Assembly (NCBI GenBank): GCA_016932855.1
Contig: JAFGCB010000025.1
Location: 13,868 to 77,867, forward strand
Reading direction: 5' to 3'
Length of the DNA: 64,000 nucleotides
DNA from: Candidatus Omnitrophota bacterium
Lineage (GTDB): Bacteria; Omnitrophota; Gorgyraeia; Duberdicusellales; Duberdicusellaceae
Both the position numbers and the translations under genes were made by a program. Shown piece after piece: positions 9,445-18,925 of this stretch. Within the stretch, counting starts at the first letter, position 1; the number at the start of each line of letters is the position of its first letter. The notes beneath the pieces were generated by a model. It was not told the DNA's origin. It saw only the letters and a list, made by a program, of their open reading frames with translations, and did no database searches.

Positions 9445-10359
9445 TTGATGAAATTTAGAAAAGTATTCTTCATTTATTTTTTGTCTCTGGCGGTTTTCAT
9501 TTTTATCGCTTTTGAACTAAACCTCTGGCAGGCCGATCAACAATTACGTTCAGTAATGAGTTATTATATCCAAAAAAACCTGGAAAAAGGGGATTTTGAG
9601 GCCGCGGTAGTCATAAAGGATCTTACAAAGCGGCGCTTGGGCGATTTTCTTAGGAGACCTATTTATGTTTCTTTGAATGAAAACCAGTCTTTTCCGGCCG
9701 CCAGCTTGATTAAACTTCCTTTGATGGCTTGTTGTTTTAAGGCTGAAAGAGAAGGTAAGATAAATATTAACGATACCTATGTTTTAAAAAAGTCGGATAT
9801 TACCGGCGGCTCGGGAGTGCTTAAAGCTAAGAAGGCCGGTTCAGAATTTTCTTTGTTGGAGTTGATCGAGCTTATGATTTCCCAGAGCGATAATACCGCT
9901 TCCAATATTTTCATAAAGAAATTGGGCTTTGAATATCTTAACGCCTGCTTTAAGGATTTAGGTCTTAAACATACCGTGGTTAACCGGACGGTAATGGATT
10001 TAAATTCCCGAAAGAAAGGCATTGAGAATTTAACTTCGGCTTCGGATTTATCCTATCTTTACGAGGCTATTTATAAAAAAGATTTAGTGGATGCCGAAGC
10101 TTGCGAAACAATGCTTAAATTTTTATCCAATCAAAAAGTAAAGAACCGCCTGCCCCGCTATTTGCCTAAAGATATTACCATAGCTCATAAGACAGGCACG
10201 ATTCGCGGCATAGTACATGACGCCGGCATTGTTTTCAGTCCTAAAAGAGACTATATTATTTGTGTGCTTACCAAAGGTTCTAAAGGATATACCCTGCCCA
10301 AGGATTTCATAGCTGAAGTTTCCGAATTCGTGTATTATTTACTTGCTTATGGAAATTAA
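9445..10359 (+). CDS. Class A beta-lactamase-related serine hydrolase (PBP-A-like)
   Basis: N-terminal TM segment, SxxK (SLIK), SDN, KTG. Confidence 0.88.
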   Translation: MMKFRKVFFIYFLSLAVFIFIAFELNLWQADQQLRSVMSYYIQKNLEKGDFEAAVVIKDLTKRRLGDFLRRPIYVSLNENQSFPAASLIKLPLMACCFKAEREGKININDTYVLKKSDITGGSGVLKAKKAGSEFSLLELIELMISQSDNTASNIFIKKLGFEYLNACFKDLGLKHTVVNRTVMDLNSRKKGIENLTSASDLSYLYEAIYKKDLVDAEACETMLKFLSNQKVKNRLPRYLPKDITIAHKTGTIRGIVHDAGIVFSPKRDYIICVLTKGSKGYTLPKDFIAEVSEFVYYLLAYGN

Positions 10360-11023
10360 GTATTTCGATGTAGTCTTTGAGGATGAATACCTGATAGTCG
10401 TGGATAAAAAATCCGGCCTCCTGGTCTTACCTACGCCCAAGAACGAAAAACACACCTTAACCAATCTTTTAAACGAGTATCTGAAAAATAAAAAAGAAAA
10501 AGCCTATCCTTGCCACCGTTTGGACCGGGATACTTCGGGTTTGATAGTCTATGCCAAAGATACCAATAGCCAGCAGGCTATCATGAATCAGTTTAAGGCT
10601 CGCACCTTCAGAAAGAAATACCTGGCTATTGTACAGGGGCGTTTAGTGGATTTTTACGGCGTGATTAAAGGTTATATAAAGGTAAAACAGAAGCCGGAAA
10701 AGTTCGCCGTTACTAAATACAGGGTTTTACGCCGCTTTAAGGGATTCAGTATTCTGGAAGTCGAACCTAAGACCGGAAGAACTAACCAGATCAGGATTCA
10801 TTTAAGCCAGATAGGCCATCCCGTGATAGGCGAGCGCAAGTACGCCTTTGCTAAAGATTGGCCGTTTAAATACAAAAGATTGTGTTTGCATTCCTGCTTT
10901 GCGGAATTTAGGCATCCCATAAGCAATGATTTAGTCAGACTTTTTCGTGATATCCCCGCTGATATGCGCGAATTTCTTAAAGAGCGGGGCCTGGATGTCA
11001 GGTTGAACAGAAGGCGGCGGTAA
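10349..11023 (+). CDS. RluA-family pseudouridine synthase
   Basis: HRLDRDTSG, TGRTNQIRIH, LCLHS; no S4 domain. Confidence 0.92.
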   Translation: MEIKYFDVVFEDEYLIVVDKKSGLLVLPTPKNEKHTLTNLLNEYLKNKKEKAYPCHRLDRDTSGLIVYAKDTNSQQAIMNQFKARTFRKKYLAIVQGRLVDFYGVIKGYIKVKQKPEKFAVTKYRVLRRFKGFSILEVEPKTGRTNQIRIHLSQIGHPVIGERKYAFAKDWPFKYKRLCLHSCFAEFRHPISNDLVRLFRDIPADMREFLKERGLDVRLNRRRR

Positions 11024-11033
11024 CTGCTATAGT

Positions 11034-11062
11034 TTGTTTAGGTGACGGTATTTTGTTATAAT
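11034..11062 (+). promoter_or_regulatory. Sigma70-type promoter (extended -10)
   Basis: TTGTTT-17 nt-TATAAT with TGn before -10. Confidence 0.6.
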
Positions 11063-11075
11063 ATTTAATGTGGGG

Positions 11076-11127
11076 TTCAATTCGCTCAAACAATCCCGAA
11101 GTATCGGGATTGTTTGAGCTCATTGAA
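11076..11127. repeat. Perfect 16-bp hairpin (REP-like) abutting the RBS
   Basis: gctcaaacaatcccga-agta-tcgggattgtttgagc, extended by ttcaat/attgaa; RBS aggagg follows immediately. Confidence 0.75.
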
Positions 11128-11138
11128 GGAGGTATCCA

Positions 11139-11345
11139 ATGAAGGAAGTAGCGTCTCGCAAGGTTAAGATTTTTAAGATTAAGAATCGGCGAGGCTACGC
11201 CGCTGCCTGCTTTAATCATCTTACCGAAGGCAGGACCCCTTACCAGGCCTATGCCAGGATGAGAAAAGCTTTAAAGCGAAGCGGCCTTTCTTTAAAAGAG
11301 GTCGACGCGGCCCGCGCCTCTCGTTTATTGACTACCTTAAGATAA
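11139..11345 (+). CDS. Small basic hypothetical protein (HicB-like N-terminal fold suspected)
   Basis: Strong RBS; GYAAAC...TEGRTPYQAYARMRKAL resembles the HicB GY.A.C....T.G.T..EA.....AL pattern. Confidence 0.7.
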   Translation: MKEVASRKVKIFKIKNRRGYAAACFNHLTEGRTPYQAYARMRKALKRSGLSLKEVDAARASRLLTTLR

Positions 11346-11375
11346 TTAAAAAGCTTTAGCTTAAGGAGGTTAGGA

Positions 11376-11561
11376 ATGGTTACGGGTATCGTATTTATTA
11401 TTGCCGGTATTTTAATCGCCATTTTTCCGGAACTTCTTTCTTTGATCGTGTCGGTTTTTCTGGTTACGCTGGGCGTGGGCATAGTGCTTACGAGCTATCA
11501 CCATAAACGTCTATCGCAGCATTTCGACAATCCTTTCGCAGATTTTATTTTTAGATTCTAA
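11376..11561 (+). CDS. Small 2-TM membrane protein (DUF3096-like)
   Basis: RBS aggagg; IIAGILIAIFPELLSLIV hydrophobic hairpin; stop overlaps the next start. Confidence 0.7.
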   Translation: MVTGIVFIIAGILIAIFPELLSLIVSVFLVTLGVGIVLTSYHHKRLSQHFDNPFADFIFRF

Positions 11562-12586
11562 TGACTGATAAAAAAATTAAACTCGCAAGAATCAGGGAAG
11601 ATAAATTGCTGAACTGCCGGATCTGCGATTTGCCTTTGCAGATAGAGGGGACTTGGATTGAAAGTTGCGTAAACCAGCTCTATAGTGAGCTTGAAGCCAA
11701 GGGCATAAAATTTAAACCTCTCTGCTATTTGGCTGATGAGTGGCTTACGCCTGACAACGAGCCGGTAGTAGGCATAGCTTTTTTCTTAGCTCACCCCCGG
11801 CTTGTGAAGCTAGAAAAGAAAATGATGCTTGAGGTTGAAGGAGGAACAAAGGATTGGTGCATGAAACTTTTGCGTCATGAAAGCGGCCATGCTTTAAATT
11901 ACGCTTTTAAATTATACAAACGCAGAAAATGGCAGGAGATTTTTGGCAGGTTTTCCCAGGAGTACGCTGATACCTACAGGTTTCGGCCTTATAGCAGAAG
12001 TTTTGTAAGACACTTAGAGGATTACTATGCTCAGTATCATCCCGATGAAGATTTTGCCGAGACCTTCGCGGTCTGGCTTGCTCCCAAGTCAAAATGGCCT
12101 AACCAGTATAAAGGCTGGAAAGCCCTCGGAAAGCTTAAGTATGTGGATAAACTCATGTCCGAAATAAGCAACAAAGAGCCGTTTAAGAAAAAAGGGGAAA
12201 AATACTGGTGTATTTCCCGCCTGAAAATAAAGCTAAAGAATTATTACAAAAAAAAGAAGCAATTCTGGGCCGAATATTTTCCTGATTTTCATGATTCTAA
12301 TTTAAAAAGGATATTTGTCGAGAAAGACCAGGAGCATAAAGATCTGCCTTTAGCTTGCGAGATTATAAAAAAGCACAAGAAGAACATATTAAGCAGCATT
12401 TCTACCTGGACCGGGGAACGCAGGTTTATTATCGATGATCTTTTAAGGATTATAATCGATCGCTGCAGAGATTTAAAGCTTGTCGCGGTTGATTTGGAGG
12501 TTCTCGCAGCTATTAAGATTTCGATCTACATTACGACTTTAATTATGAATTATAGCTATACCGGAAGATTCAGGAAGAAGAAATGA
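11561..12586 (+). CDS. Putative zinc-binding metallopeptidase (zincin, Peptidase_Mx-like)
   Basis: LLRHESGHA (HExxH) and YAQYHPDEDFAETF. Confidence 0.85.
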   Translation: MTDKKIKLARIREDKLLNCRICDLPLQIEGTWIESCVNQLYSELEAKGIKFKPLCYLADEWLTPDNEPVVGIAFFLAHPRLVKLEKKMMLEVEGGTKDWCMKLLRHESGHALNYAFKLYKRRKWQEIFGRFSQEYADTYRFRPYSRSFVRHLEDYYAQYHPDEDFAETFAVWLAPKSKWPNQYKGWKALGKLKYVDKLMSEISNKEPFKKKGEKYWCISRLKIKLKNYYKKKKQFWAEYFPDFHDSNLKRIFVEKDQEHKDLPLACEIIKKHKKNILSSISTWTGERRFIIDDLLRIIIDRCRDLKLVAVDLEVLAAIKISIYITTLIMNYSYTGRFRKKK

Positions 12587-13593
12587 GGAAACTGAAAATT
12601 CTTTTATTATTCGACAGTCCCTACGCCAAGCCCAGAGGCTACGACTTTAAGGAAGAGTTTAAGGATATTGATTGGGCCACCGAAGGCGACGTCCTGCAAG
12701 CCTTAAGAAAAAGAGGCCATGAAGTCAATATTCTAGGTCTTTATAAAGATATTAATCTTCTTTTGGAAGAAGTCAGGGAAAACAAGCCGGATGTCATATT
12801 CAATCTTGTTGAAGTCTTTGACCAGAAGTCCAGTCTTGATAAGAATGTTGTCTATTTACTGGAGCTGTTAGGAGTACCTTTTACAGGAGCCGATCCCGCC
12901 AGTCTTCTTGTCTGCAATAATAAAGCCTTAAGCAAAAAAATATTAAGTTTTCATAGAATAAAAGTCCCCCATTTTTATACTTTTTACAAGAAGCATAAGA
13001 TTTGGCTTCCCAAAAAGCTTAATCCGCCCTTAATAGTTAAACCTTTGTGTGAGGAAGCCTCGCGGGGGATAGCCCAGGCCTCTATAGTTGATAGCGAAGA
13101 GACCTTGGTTGAGAGGGTTAAGTTTATTCACCAGAGTTTGGATATGGACGCTATAGCCGAAGAATATATCGACGGAAGGGAGTTTTACGTAAGTATTCTG
13201 GGAAATAAGCGAATTAAGGTCTTGCCTTTAAGAGAGATGAAGTTCGGCCAGTTTCCCGAGGATGAGCCCAGGATAGCAACCTACAAAGCTAAGTGGGATT
13301 ATAATTATCGCCAGAAGTGGGGTATAAAAAATGTCTTTGCCGGAAGGCTTGCCAACGGCCTGGAGGCAAAGATATCTTATATATGCAAGAGAGCCTACCG
13401 GGCAATAGATATGAAATGCTATGCTCGCTTTGATATAAGAGTTACCGGCGGCGAAGTCTATATCATAGAAGCCAATGCTAACCCGTCGTTGTTTATGTAT
13501 GACGAGGTTGCCCAGTCCGCTGATAAGGCCGGTATTTCTTACGATAAGCTGCTGGAGATGATAATAAGTTTCGCTTTCCAGAGGCAAAAATAA
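12583..13593 (+). CDS. ATP-grasp ligase, D-Ala--D-Ala ligase-like family
   Basis: IVKP..EEASRGI, EEYIDGREF, ARFDIR, IEANANP; lacks the canonical Ddl GGxSxEH N-terminal motif. Confidence 0.85.
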   Translation: MRKLKILLLFDSPYAKPRGYDFKEEFKDIDWATEGDVLQALRKRGHEVNILGLYKDINLLLEEVRENKPDVIFNLVEVFDQKSSLDKNVVYLLELLGVPFTGADPASLLVCNNKALSKKILSFHRIKVPHFYTFYKKHKIWLPKKLNPPLIVKPLCEEASRGIAQASIVDSEETLVERVKFIHQSLDMDAIAEEYIDGREFYVSILGNKRIKVLPLREMKFGQFPEDEPRIATYKAKWDYNYRQKWGIKNVFAGRLANGLEAKISYICKRAYRAIDMKCYARFDIRVTGGEVYIIEANANPSLFMYDEVAQSADKAGISYDKLLEMIISFAFQRQK

Positions 13594-13642
13594 ATTCATT
13601 AGCGCTAATTTTATAAATCCGTAATATTTAGGGAGGTAAACC

Positions 13643-15103
13643 ATGAGCGGGATTTTTGGCGTAGTCTCAAAAAATGATTGTTCGCAGGATTTATTCTATG
13701 GGGTAGATTACCATTCGCACTTGGGAACCGAGTACGCCGGCATGGCTGTTTTGGGCGAGGATTTTGTCCGCCAGATACACAGCATACGCCAGGACCAATT
13801 CAAGTCAAAATTTTATGATGATCAGAAGCTCATGAAAGCGCCTAAGGGCATCGGCGTCATAAGCGCTTTTAACGAGCAGCCTATTTACTTAAATTCCAAT
13901 CTCGGGCCTTTCTATATTGTTACTAACGGTTTGGTGGAAAATAAAGAAAAGCTTGCTCAAGGATTATTTGAAAAGGGGGTATCTTTCAGCGAATTCAGCA
14001 AGAAAACAGTTAATACCACAGAGCTTATCGCCAAGCTCATAAGCCAGGAAGAGGATTTGCTAACGGGCATAGAGAAGATGTTCGAGGTAATCGAAGGCTC
14101 GTGTTCGCTGCTGATATTGAATAAGGACGGCATTTACGCAGCCAGAGACAGGTTAGGTTATACTCCTTTGGCCGTAGGAAAAAAGCTTGATTCCTGGGCG
14201 GTGACAACGGAGACCAGCGCTTTTCCTAATCTGGACTTCGAACTGGTAAAGTTTATCGAGCCAGGCGAAGTAGTGCTTTTGACTGAGCAGGGTATCTTTC
14301 AGAGAGCGCAAGGCAGGTCTGCGAATCAAATCTGTTCGTTTCTTTGGATATATACCGGTTTTCCCGCTTCGAGCTACGAAGGCGTTAACGTAGAAACAGT
14401 CCGGGAAAGATGCGGAAGGCTTTTAGCTAAGAGAGACGCCGATATAGAGGTGGATGTCGTAGCTGGCGTCCCGGATTCAGGAACCGCGCACGCCATAGGT
14501 TATGCCATGGAGTCGAAAAAACCCTATCGGCGGCCTTTGGTTAAATATACGCCCGGATACGGAAGAAGCTATACGCCTCCTTCTCAAGAGACCCGGGATT
14601 TAATCGCCAGGATGAAGCTTATTCCCATAAAAGATATCATTGCCGGCAATAGAATAGTAGTCTGCGAGGATTCTATAGTAAGAGGAACGCAGCTTAAGAA
14701 TTTTACTATCCGTAAGCTTTGGGACGCCGGGGCTAAGGAAATCCATGTCAGGCCCGCCTGCCCGCCTTTAATGTTTCCCTGCCGCTTTAATCTTTCTACC
14801 CGAAGTACCCATGAGCTTGCCGCCCGCCGGGCAATTAAGGCTTTGGAAGGCCGGGAAACAGAGGACGTCGGGGAGTATTTAGAGTACGGGTCTAAAAAAT
14901 ATAAGAAGATGGTAGAGTGGATAGCTAAAGATTTAGAAGTAACAACTTTGCGTTATCAAACTGTTGAGGATATGGTAAAGGCAATAGGCTTGCCGAAAGA
15001 AAAGCTTTGTCTATGCTGCTGGCAGGCAGAGGGCCTTAAAGAAAGTAAGGAAAAGAAGTCAGAAAAAAGTACGCAAAATTCATTTCTATATAAAGGCAAA
15101 TGA
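13643..15103 (+). CDS. purF: Amidophosphoribosyltransferase, variant without N-terminal Cys
   Basis: ARDRLGYTP, GVPDSG, EDSIVRGT PRPP motif, Fe-S Cys cluster; N-terminus MSGIFG. Confidence 0.88.
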   Translation: MSGIFGVVSKNDCSQDLFYGVDYHSHLGTEYAGMAVLGEDFVRQIHSIRQDQFKSKFYDDQKLMKAPKGIGVISAFNEQPIYLNSNLGPFYIVTNGLVENKEKLAQGLFEKGVSFSEFSKKTVNTTELIAKLISQEEDLLTGIEKMFEVIEGSCSLLILNKDGIYAARDRLGYTPLAVGKKLDSWAVTTETSAFPNLDFELVKFIEPGEVVLLTEQGIFQRAQGRSANQICSFLWIYTGFPASSYEGVNVETVRERCGRLLAKRDADIEVDVVAGVPDSGTAHAIGYAMESKKPYRRPLVKYTPGYGRSYTPPSQETRDLIARMKLIPIKDIIAGNRIVVCEDSIVRGTQLKNFTIRKLWDAGAKEIHVRPACPPLMFPCRFNLSTRSTHELAARRAIKALEGRETEDVGEYLEYGSKKYKKMVEWIAKDLEVTTLRYQTVEDMVKAIGLPKEKLCLCCWQAEGLKESKEKKSEKSTQNSFLYKGK

Positions 15104-16335
15104 ATATTTATCTTGTAGTAATTCTTTGCCTTATAATCGTCGATTGGCTTTTAGAAACATTTGTCGCGGTCCTTAACTTAAGGAATTTATCACCGCAGCT
15201 GCCTCCGGAATTTTCCGGACTCTACGAACCTTCCAGATATAAGAAATCCCAGGAATATTTAAAGGAATCCACCGGGTTTAGTCTTTTTAAAAACGCTGTA
15301 TTTACAGCAGTTGTCGTGATTTTTATTCTGGCCGGCGGATTTAATTTTGTGGATGTCTTTGTGCGGGGCTTTAAGCAGGGTCCGGTTGTCAGCGGTTTAT
15401 TTTTTGCCGCTATCCTGATGCTAGGCTTTCAGTTTTTTAATCTGCCCTTTGCGGCCTACCGGACATTTGTTATTGAGGAAAAGTACGGCTTTAACAAGAC
15501 CACCATAAAGACCTTTATTTTAGACATAATAAAATCCTTGATTTTAGGGGCCTTGATAGCAGGCACCGCATTTTCGGTTGTTCTATGGTTTTTTGGGAAG
15601 GTCGGCAGGCTCGCCTGGATTTACTGCTGGTTGGTTATCGCCGGATTCGAGCTTTTTCTGGTATTTGTTGCGCCGGTGGTTATTTTACCTCTTTTTAACA
15701 AATTTATTCCTCTTGAAGAAGGCCCGCTTAAGACGGCTATCGAAGAATATGCCAGAAGAGAAAAATTCGCTTTAGGCGGAATCTTTAAAATGGACGCCTC
15801 CCGGCGCTCCGCTAAATCCAACGCTTTTTTTACCGGTTTCGGGAGATACCGAAGAATTGCTTTATTCGATACCCTTATCGAAAAGCACGCGCCCGATGAG
15901 CTTGTAAGCGTTATTGCCCATGAGGTGGGTCACTACAAGAAAAAACATATTATTAAAGGCATAGCTTTATCGATTCTTACCAGCGGATTTATGTTTTTCC
16001 TGCTTTCGTTCTTTATTGAAAACCCGGGATTATTCAAAGCTTTTAAGATGGAAAATCTTTCCATTTATGCCAGCCTGTTCTTTTTCACCTTTTTATACTC
16101 ACCGATTAATCTTATTTTATCGATTTTCGGAAATTCTCTTTCAAGGAAGCACGAGTACGAAGCGGATAGTTTTGCGGTCAAAACCCATAATAAGCCGGAA
16201 GATTTCATAAGAGCTTTAAAGAAGTTGAGCGTGGATAATTTATCAAATCTTAATCCCCACCCTTTAAAGGTATTCTTGCACTACAGTCATCCCCCGGTGC
16301 TTAAGCGAATACAGGCTATAAGGAAAATCAACTAA
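15100..16335 (+). CDS. M48 family metallopeptidase (Ste24-like)
   Basis: Multiple TMs, NAFFTG, AHEVGH, EYEAD, YSHPP. Confidence 0.93.
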   Translation: MNIYLVVILCLIIVDWLLETFVAVLNLRNLSPQLPPEFSGLYEPSRYKKSQEYLKESTGFSLFKNAVFTAVVVIFILAGGFNFVDVFVRGFKQGPVVSGLFFAAILMLGFQFFNLPFAAYRTFVIEEKYGFNKTTIKTFILDIIKSLILGALIAGTAFSVVLWFFGKVGRLAWIYCWLVIAGFELFLVFVAPVVILPLFNKFIPLEEGPLKTAIEEYARREKFALGGIFKMDASRRSAKSNAFFTGFGRYRRIALFDTLIEKHAPDELVSVIAHEVGHYKKKHIIKGIALSILTSGFMFFLLSFFIENPGLFKAFKMENLSIYASLFFFTFLYSPINLILSIFGNSLSRKHEYEADSFAVKTHNKPEDFIRALKKLSVDNLSNLNPHPLKVFLHYSHPPVLKRIQAIRKIN

Positions 16336-16409
16336 CCTTAAGTTCGGCATAATATTCTGTTCACAAATGCATCCAAGGAAGCCTCTTTATGATTAAAGGT
16401 ATGAATATG

Positions 16410-16437
16410 TTGACACTTGGTTTTTGTAGGTTAGAAT
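16410..16437 (+). promoter_or_regulatory. Sigma70-type promoter
   Basis: TTGACA-16 nt-TAGAAT upstream of the DUF3047 gene. Confidence 0.55.
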
Positions 16438-16473
16438 AGTTAATAGATAAGAGTCGCAAAAGACCCACGAAAG

Positions 16474-17154
16474 ATGAAAAATCGAAAGTCCAAAATAGCC
16501 TTTATGGTTTTTTTAATCAGCTTGGTTTGCGGTATCGCCTTTGCGATAAGGTTTCCTCAATTATTTTCTTTCAATAATAAAAAATCCTTGGATAAGTGGA
16601 GGGAAAAAGTGTTTACAGGCCGGGTTTTATACACAGTTAACCTGGTGGATTCAGGCGGTTATCTTAGCGCCCAGAGTGAAAAGTCAGCTTCGGGTATATT
16701 TTACCGTTTAAGCTTCCACGCCGTAAAAAAACCCATGGTAAGCTGGAAGTGGAAGGTTGTAAAATTCCCGGCCAAAAAGTCTACCGGGGATACGCAGGAA
16801 GGCTGGATAGAGAAGGATGATTATGCTGCTAGGGTCTACATTATTTTTCCCAGTTTTTTGTTTTCAAGGACTAAGTCTTTGGAATACGTCTGGGATAAAG
16901 ATTTGCCGGAAGGTCTCATTCTTACCAGTCCTTTTTTCGAGAATATAAAAATTATTGTCGCTGAATCAGGCGAAAATAATTTAGGTAACTGGGTTTTTGA
17001 GGAAAGAAATATACGCGAAGATTTTAAAAAAGCCTTCGGCAGAGAGCCGGGCGTGGTAGGGGCCGTGGCTATCATGACTGACTCCGATAATACCATAAGC
17101 ACTGCTGAAGCCTGGTATGATGAACTAAGGGTGGGGTATGCAAATGAAGAATAG
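16474..17154 (+). CDS. DUF3047 domain exported protein
   Basis: Signal peptide; WKWKV, DDYAARVYIIF, YVW, IMTDSDNT. Confidence 0.85.
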   Translation: MKNRKSKIAFMVFLISLVCGIAFAIRFPQLFSFNNKKSLDKWREKVFTGRVLYTVNLVDSGGYLSAQSEKSASGIFYRLSFHAVKKPMVSWKWKVVKFPAKKSTGDTQEGWIEKDDYAARVYIIFPSFLFSRTKSLEYVWDKDLPEGLILTSPFFENIKIIVAESGENNLGNWVFEERNIREDFKKAFGREPGVVGAVAIMTDSDNTISTAEAWYDELRVGYANEE

Positions 17155-17563
17155 AAGAACAAAAAAGCTATTGGGCACTCCTTTGCAGAAGAAGATATTG
17201 GTTTTGTTTTTTATTTCGGCAGTAACGCCGGCGGCAATCGTGGCAGTGTGTCTTTACTACCTTATATTTAATTTGTTCGCCGGCCAGCTGGCGATACCGG
17301 AGTTTATCGCCTACAATGTAATCCCGGTCGCAAGGAGGGTAAATTTAATTATCGTGATTTCTTTGCCGATTGTTTTAGGGGTTGCCTGGTTTTTCGCTCT
17401 TAAATTATCGCATAGAATAACCGGGCCTCTTCACAGGCTTGAAAAAGAACTGGATAGTAGAATTTCAGGAAAAAAAGAGGGTTCGATCCATTTGCGTAAA
17501 GAAGACGAGAAAAGCCTGGTTTCTCTGGTGGAAAAAATAAATAAGCTTATAGCTAAGAAATAG
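17144..17563 (+). CDS. Small 2-TM protein with HAMP-like C-terminus
   Basis: Two TMs, then SHRITGPLHRLE...IHLRKEDE; overlaps the upstream stop. Confidence 0.7.
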   Translation: MKNRRTKKLLGTPLQKKILVLFFISAVTPAAIVAVCLYYLIFNLFAGQLAIPEFIAYNVIPVARRVNLIIVISLPIVLGVAWFFALKLSHRITGPLHRLEKELDSRISGKKEGSIHLRKEDEKSLVSLVEKINKLIAKK

Positions 17564-17731
17564 TCAGCATACATCTTCCATTTATGCCTCCCGGCGAGCT
17601 TGACCGCATTTTTTAAAGCTTTATCGATGATTTCAAAGATTAACCAAGAGATTTTCGATCTTGGCGTAAAGTTGGCGCAGGTATGATACTGGGCAACAGC
17701 TAGTTATCCGAAATTAAAAGAGGTTAAACTC

Positions 17732-18229
17732 ATGGATATCAATAAGGCAATAAGAGAACGAAGGTCCATCCGTCAATACCAGGTTATGGTTCCTGGCGAC
17801 GAAGATATCAAGAAAATTATCGAGGCAGGCTTATGGGCTCCCTCCGGGCTAAATAACCAACCTTGGAAATTCAAGGTAGTTAAAGAAAAAGCCCAAAAAG
17901 ATTCTTTGGCCAGGTTTACAAAATATTCGGCTATAATCAGAGACGCCCCCGTGGTTATTTGCGTATTTTTAGACAATTCCTCCACCTATAACCGCGAAAA
18001 AGATATTCTGGCTATCGGTGCTTGTATACAGAACATGCTTCTTTCTGCCTGGGAGCTGGGTTTGGGCACATGCTGGCTTGGCGAAATTTTGAACAAGAAG
18101 GAAGATGTCCGGAAGTATCTTAAGATAGACTCTGATTGCGAGCTTATGGCAGTAGTTACGCTTGGCTATTCTGACGAAGAAGTAAGCCGGGGTTGCCGAA
18201 AAAACCTTAAGAGCTTTATCATAAAATAG
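17732..18229 (+). CDS. Nitroreductase family protein
   Basis: RRSIRQY, APSGLNNQPW, QNMLL.A..LGLGTCW. Confidence 0.93.
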   Translation: MDINKAIRERRSIRQYQVMVPGDEDIKKIIEAGLWAPSGLNNQPWKFKVVKEKAQKDSLARFTKYSAIIRDAPVVICVFLDNSSTYNREKDILAIGACIQNMLLSAWELGLGTCWLGEILNKKEDVRKYLKIDSDCELMAVVTLGYSDEEVSRGCRKNLKSFIIK

Positions 18230-18314
18230 CTTGAATCGCTGATTGATAAATTTGCAATTAATAATCTTATCAGATATTAAGCACCGCGGTTAAAGTTTGT
18301 CCTAGATAGCCATA

Positions 18315-18414
18315 TTGACATTTTTCCGATACCGCGAGAAAATCAACTTACTCGATAGAGGGGTCGCCACTGAAAAGGGTCGTCTCCCAAGCCCGCTGCC
18401 CCTTCTTTTATTTT
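18315..18414 (+). ncRNA. Candidate small RNA (promoter, hairpin and U-tract)
   Basis: TTGACA-17-GAAAAT followed by an agagggg...ccccttct hairpin and T-run; no ORF. Confidence 0.3.
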
Positions 18415-18552
18415 GCCACCCCGCCTTTAACGCCCCCATATTTTTAAAATTGACTAATTTTCGAGAAAGGGTAATATATTCTTGTTGATAGATAATGTAA
18501 CTTTAATTCAAACGGCCTGTATTTAGGATAAAACCTTTGATTTCACCGGGTT

Positions 18553-18921
18553 ATGCTCAAGCCTAAGATACTTCTTATAGATAATGAGCCGGATTTTGTG
18601 GAACTTACTAAAGTTAATCTGCAGAATTCAGGCTTTGAAGTTTTCGGGGCGTTTAGCGGAAAAGAAGGCATAGATAAATTCGGCCAGGTTCAGCCGGACT
18701 TAGTTCTTCTTGATATCTTAATGCCCGAGATGGATGGCTTTGAGGTGCTGCATAGAATACGCAAGATTTATCCTCAGGCGAAAAATACTCCTATAATCAT
18801 GCTTACCGCAATAAGAGATTCTGATTCCATATTTAAGTCCCTGGACCGTAAGGCAACAGATTATATTATGAAGCCTTTTGTTCTGCAAGACTTGCTGGGA
18901 TTAATAAACAAATATATATAA
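18553..18921 (+). CDS. Single-domain response regulator (REC)
   Basis: LIDNE, LLDILMPEMDG, MLTA, YIMKPF. Confidence 0.92.
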   Translation: MLKPKILLIDNEPDFVELTKVNLQNSGFEVFGAFSGKEGIDKFGQVQPDLVLLDILMPEMDGFEVLHRIRKIYPQAKNTPIIMLTAIRDSDSIFKSLDRKATDYIMKPFVLQDLLGLINKYI

Positions 18922-18925
18922 GCTT

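Noticed and set aside
9445-10359. Bona fide beta-lactamase resistance gene
   Set aside because: It has SxxK/SDN/KTG but no evident omega-loop ExxLN glutamate, so it is more likely a PBP-A-like hydrolase.
12583-13593. Vancomycin-resistance ligase together with the VanZ-like gene at 1893
   Set aside because: There is no vanH/vanX/vanRS, the two genes are 10 kb apart, and VanZ-like proteins are widespread.
17661-17680. Possible sigma54 promoter (tggcgt...ttggc)
   Set aside because: The spacing and the -12 element do not match TGGCAC-N5-TTGC.
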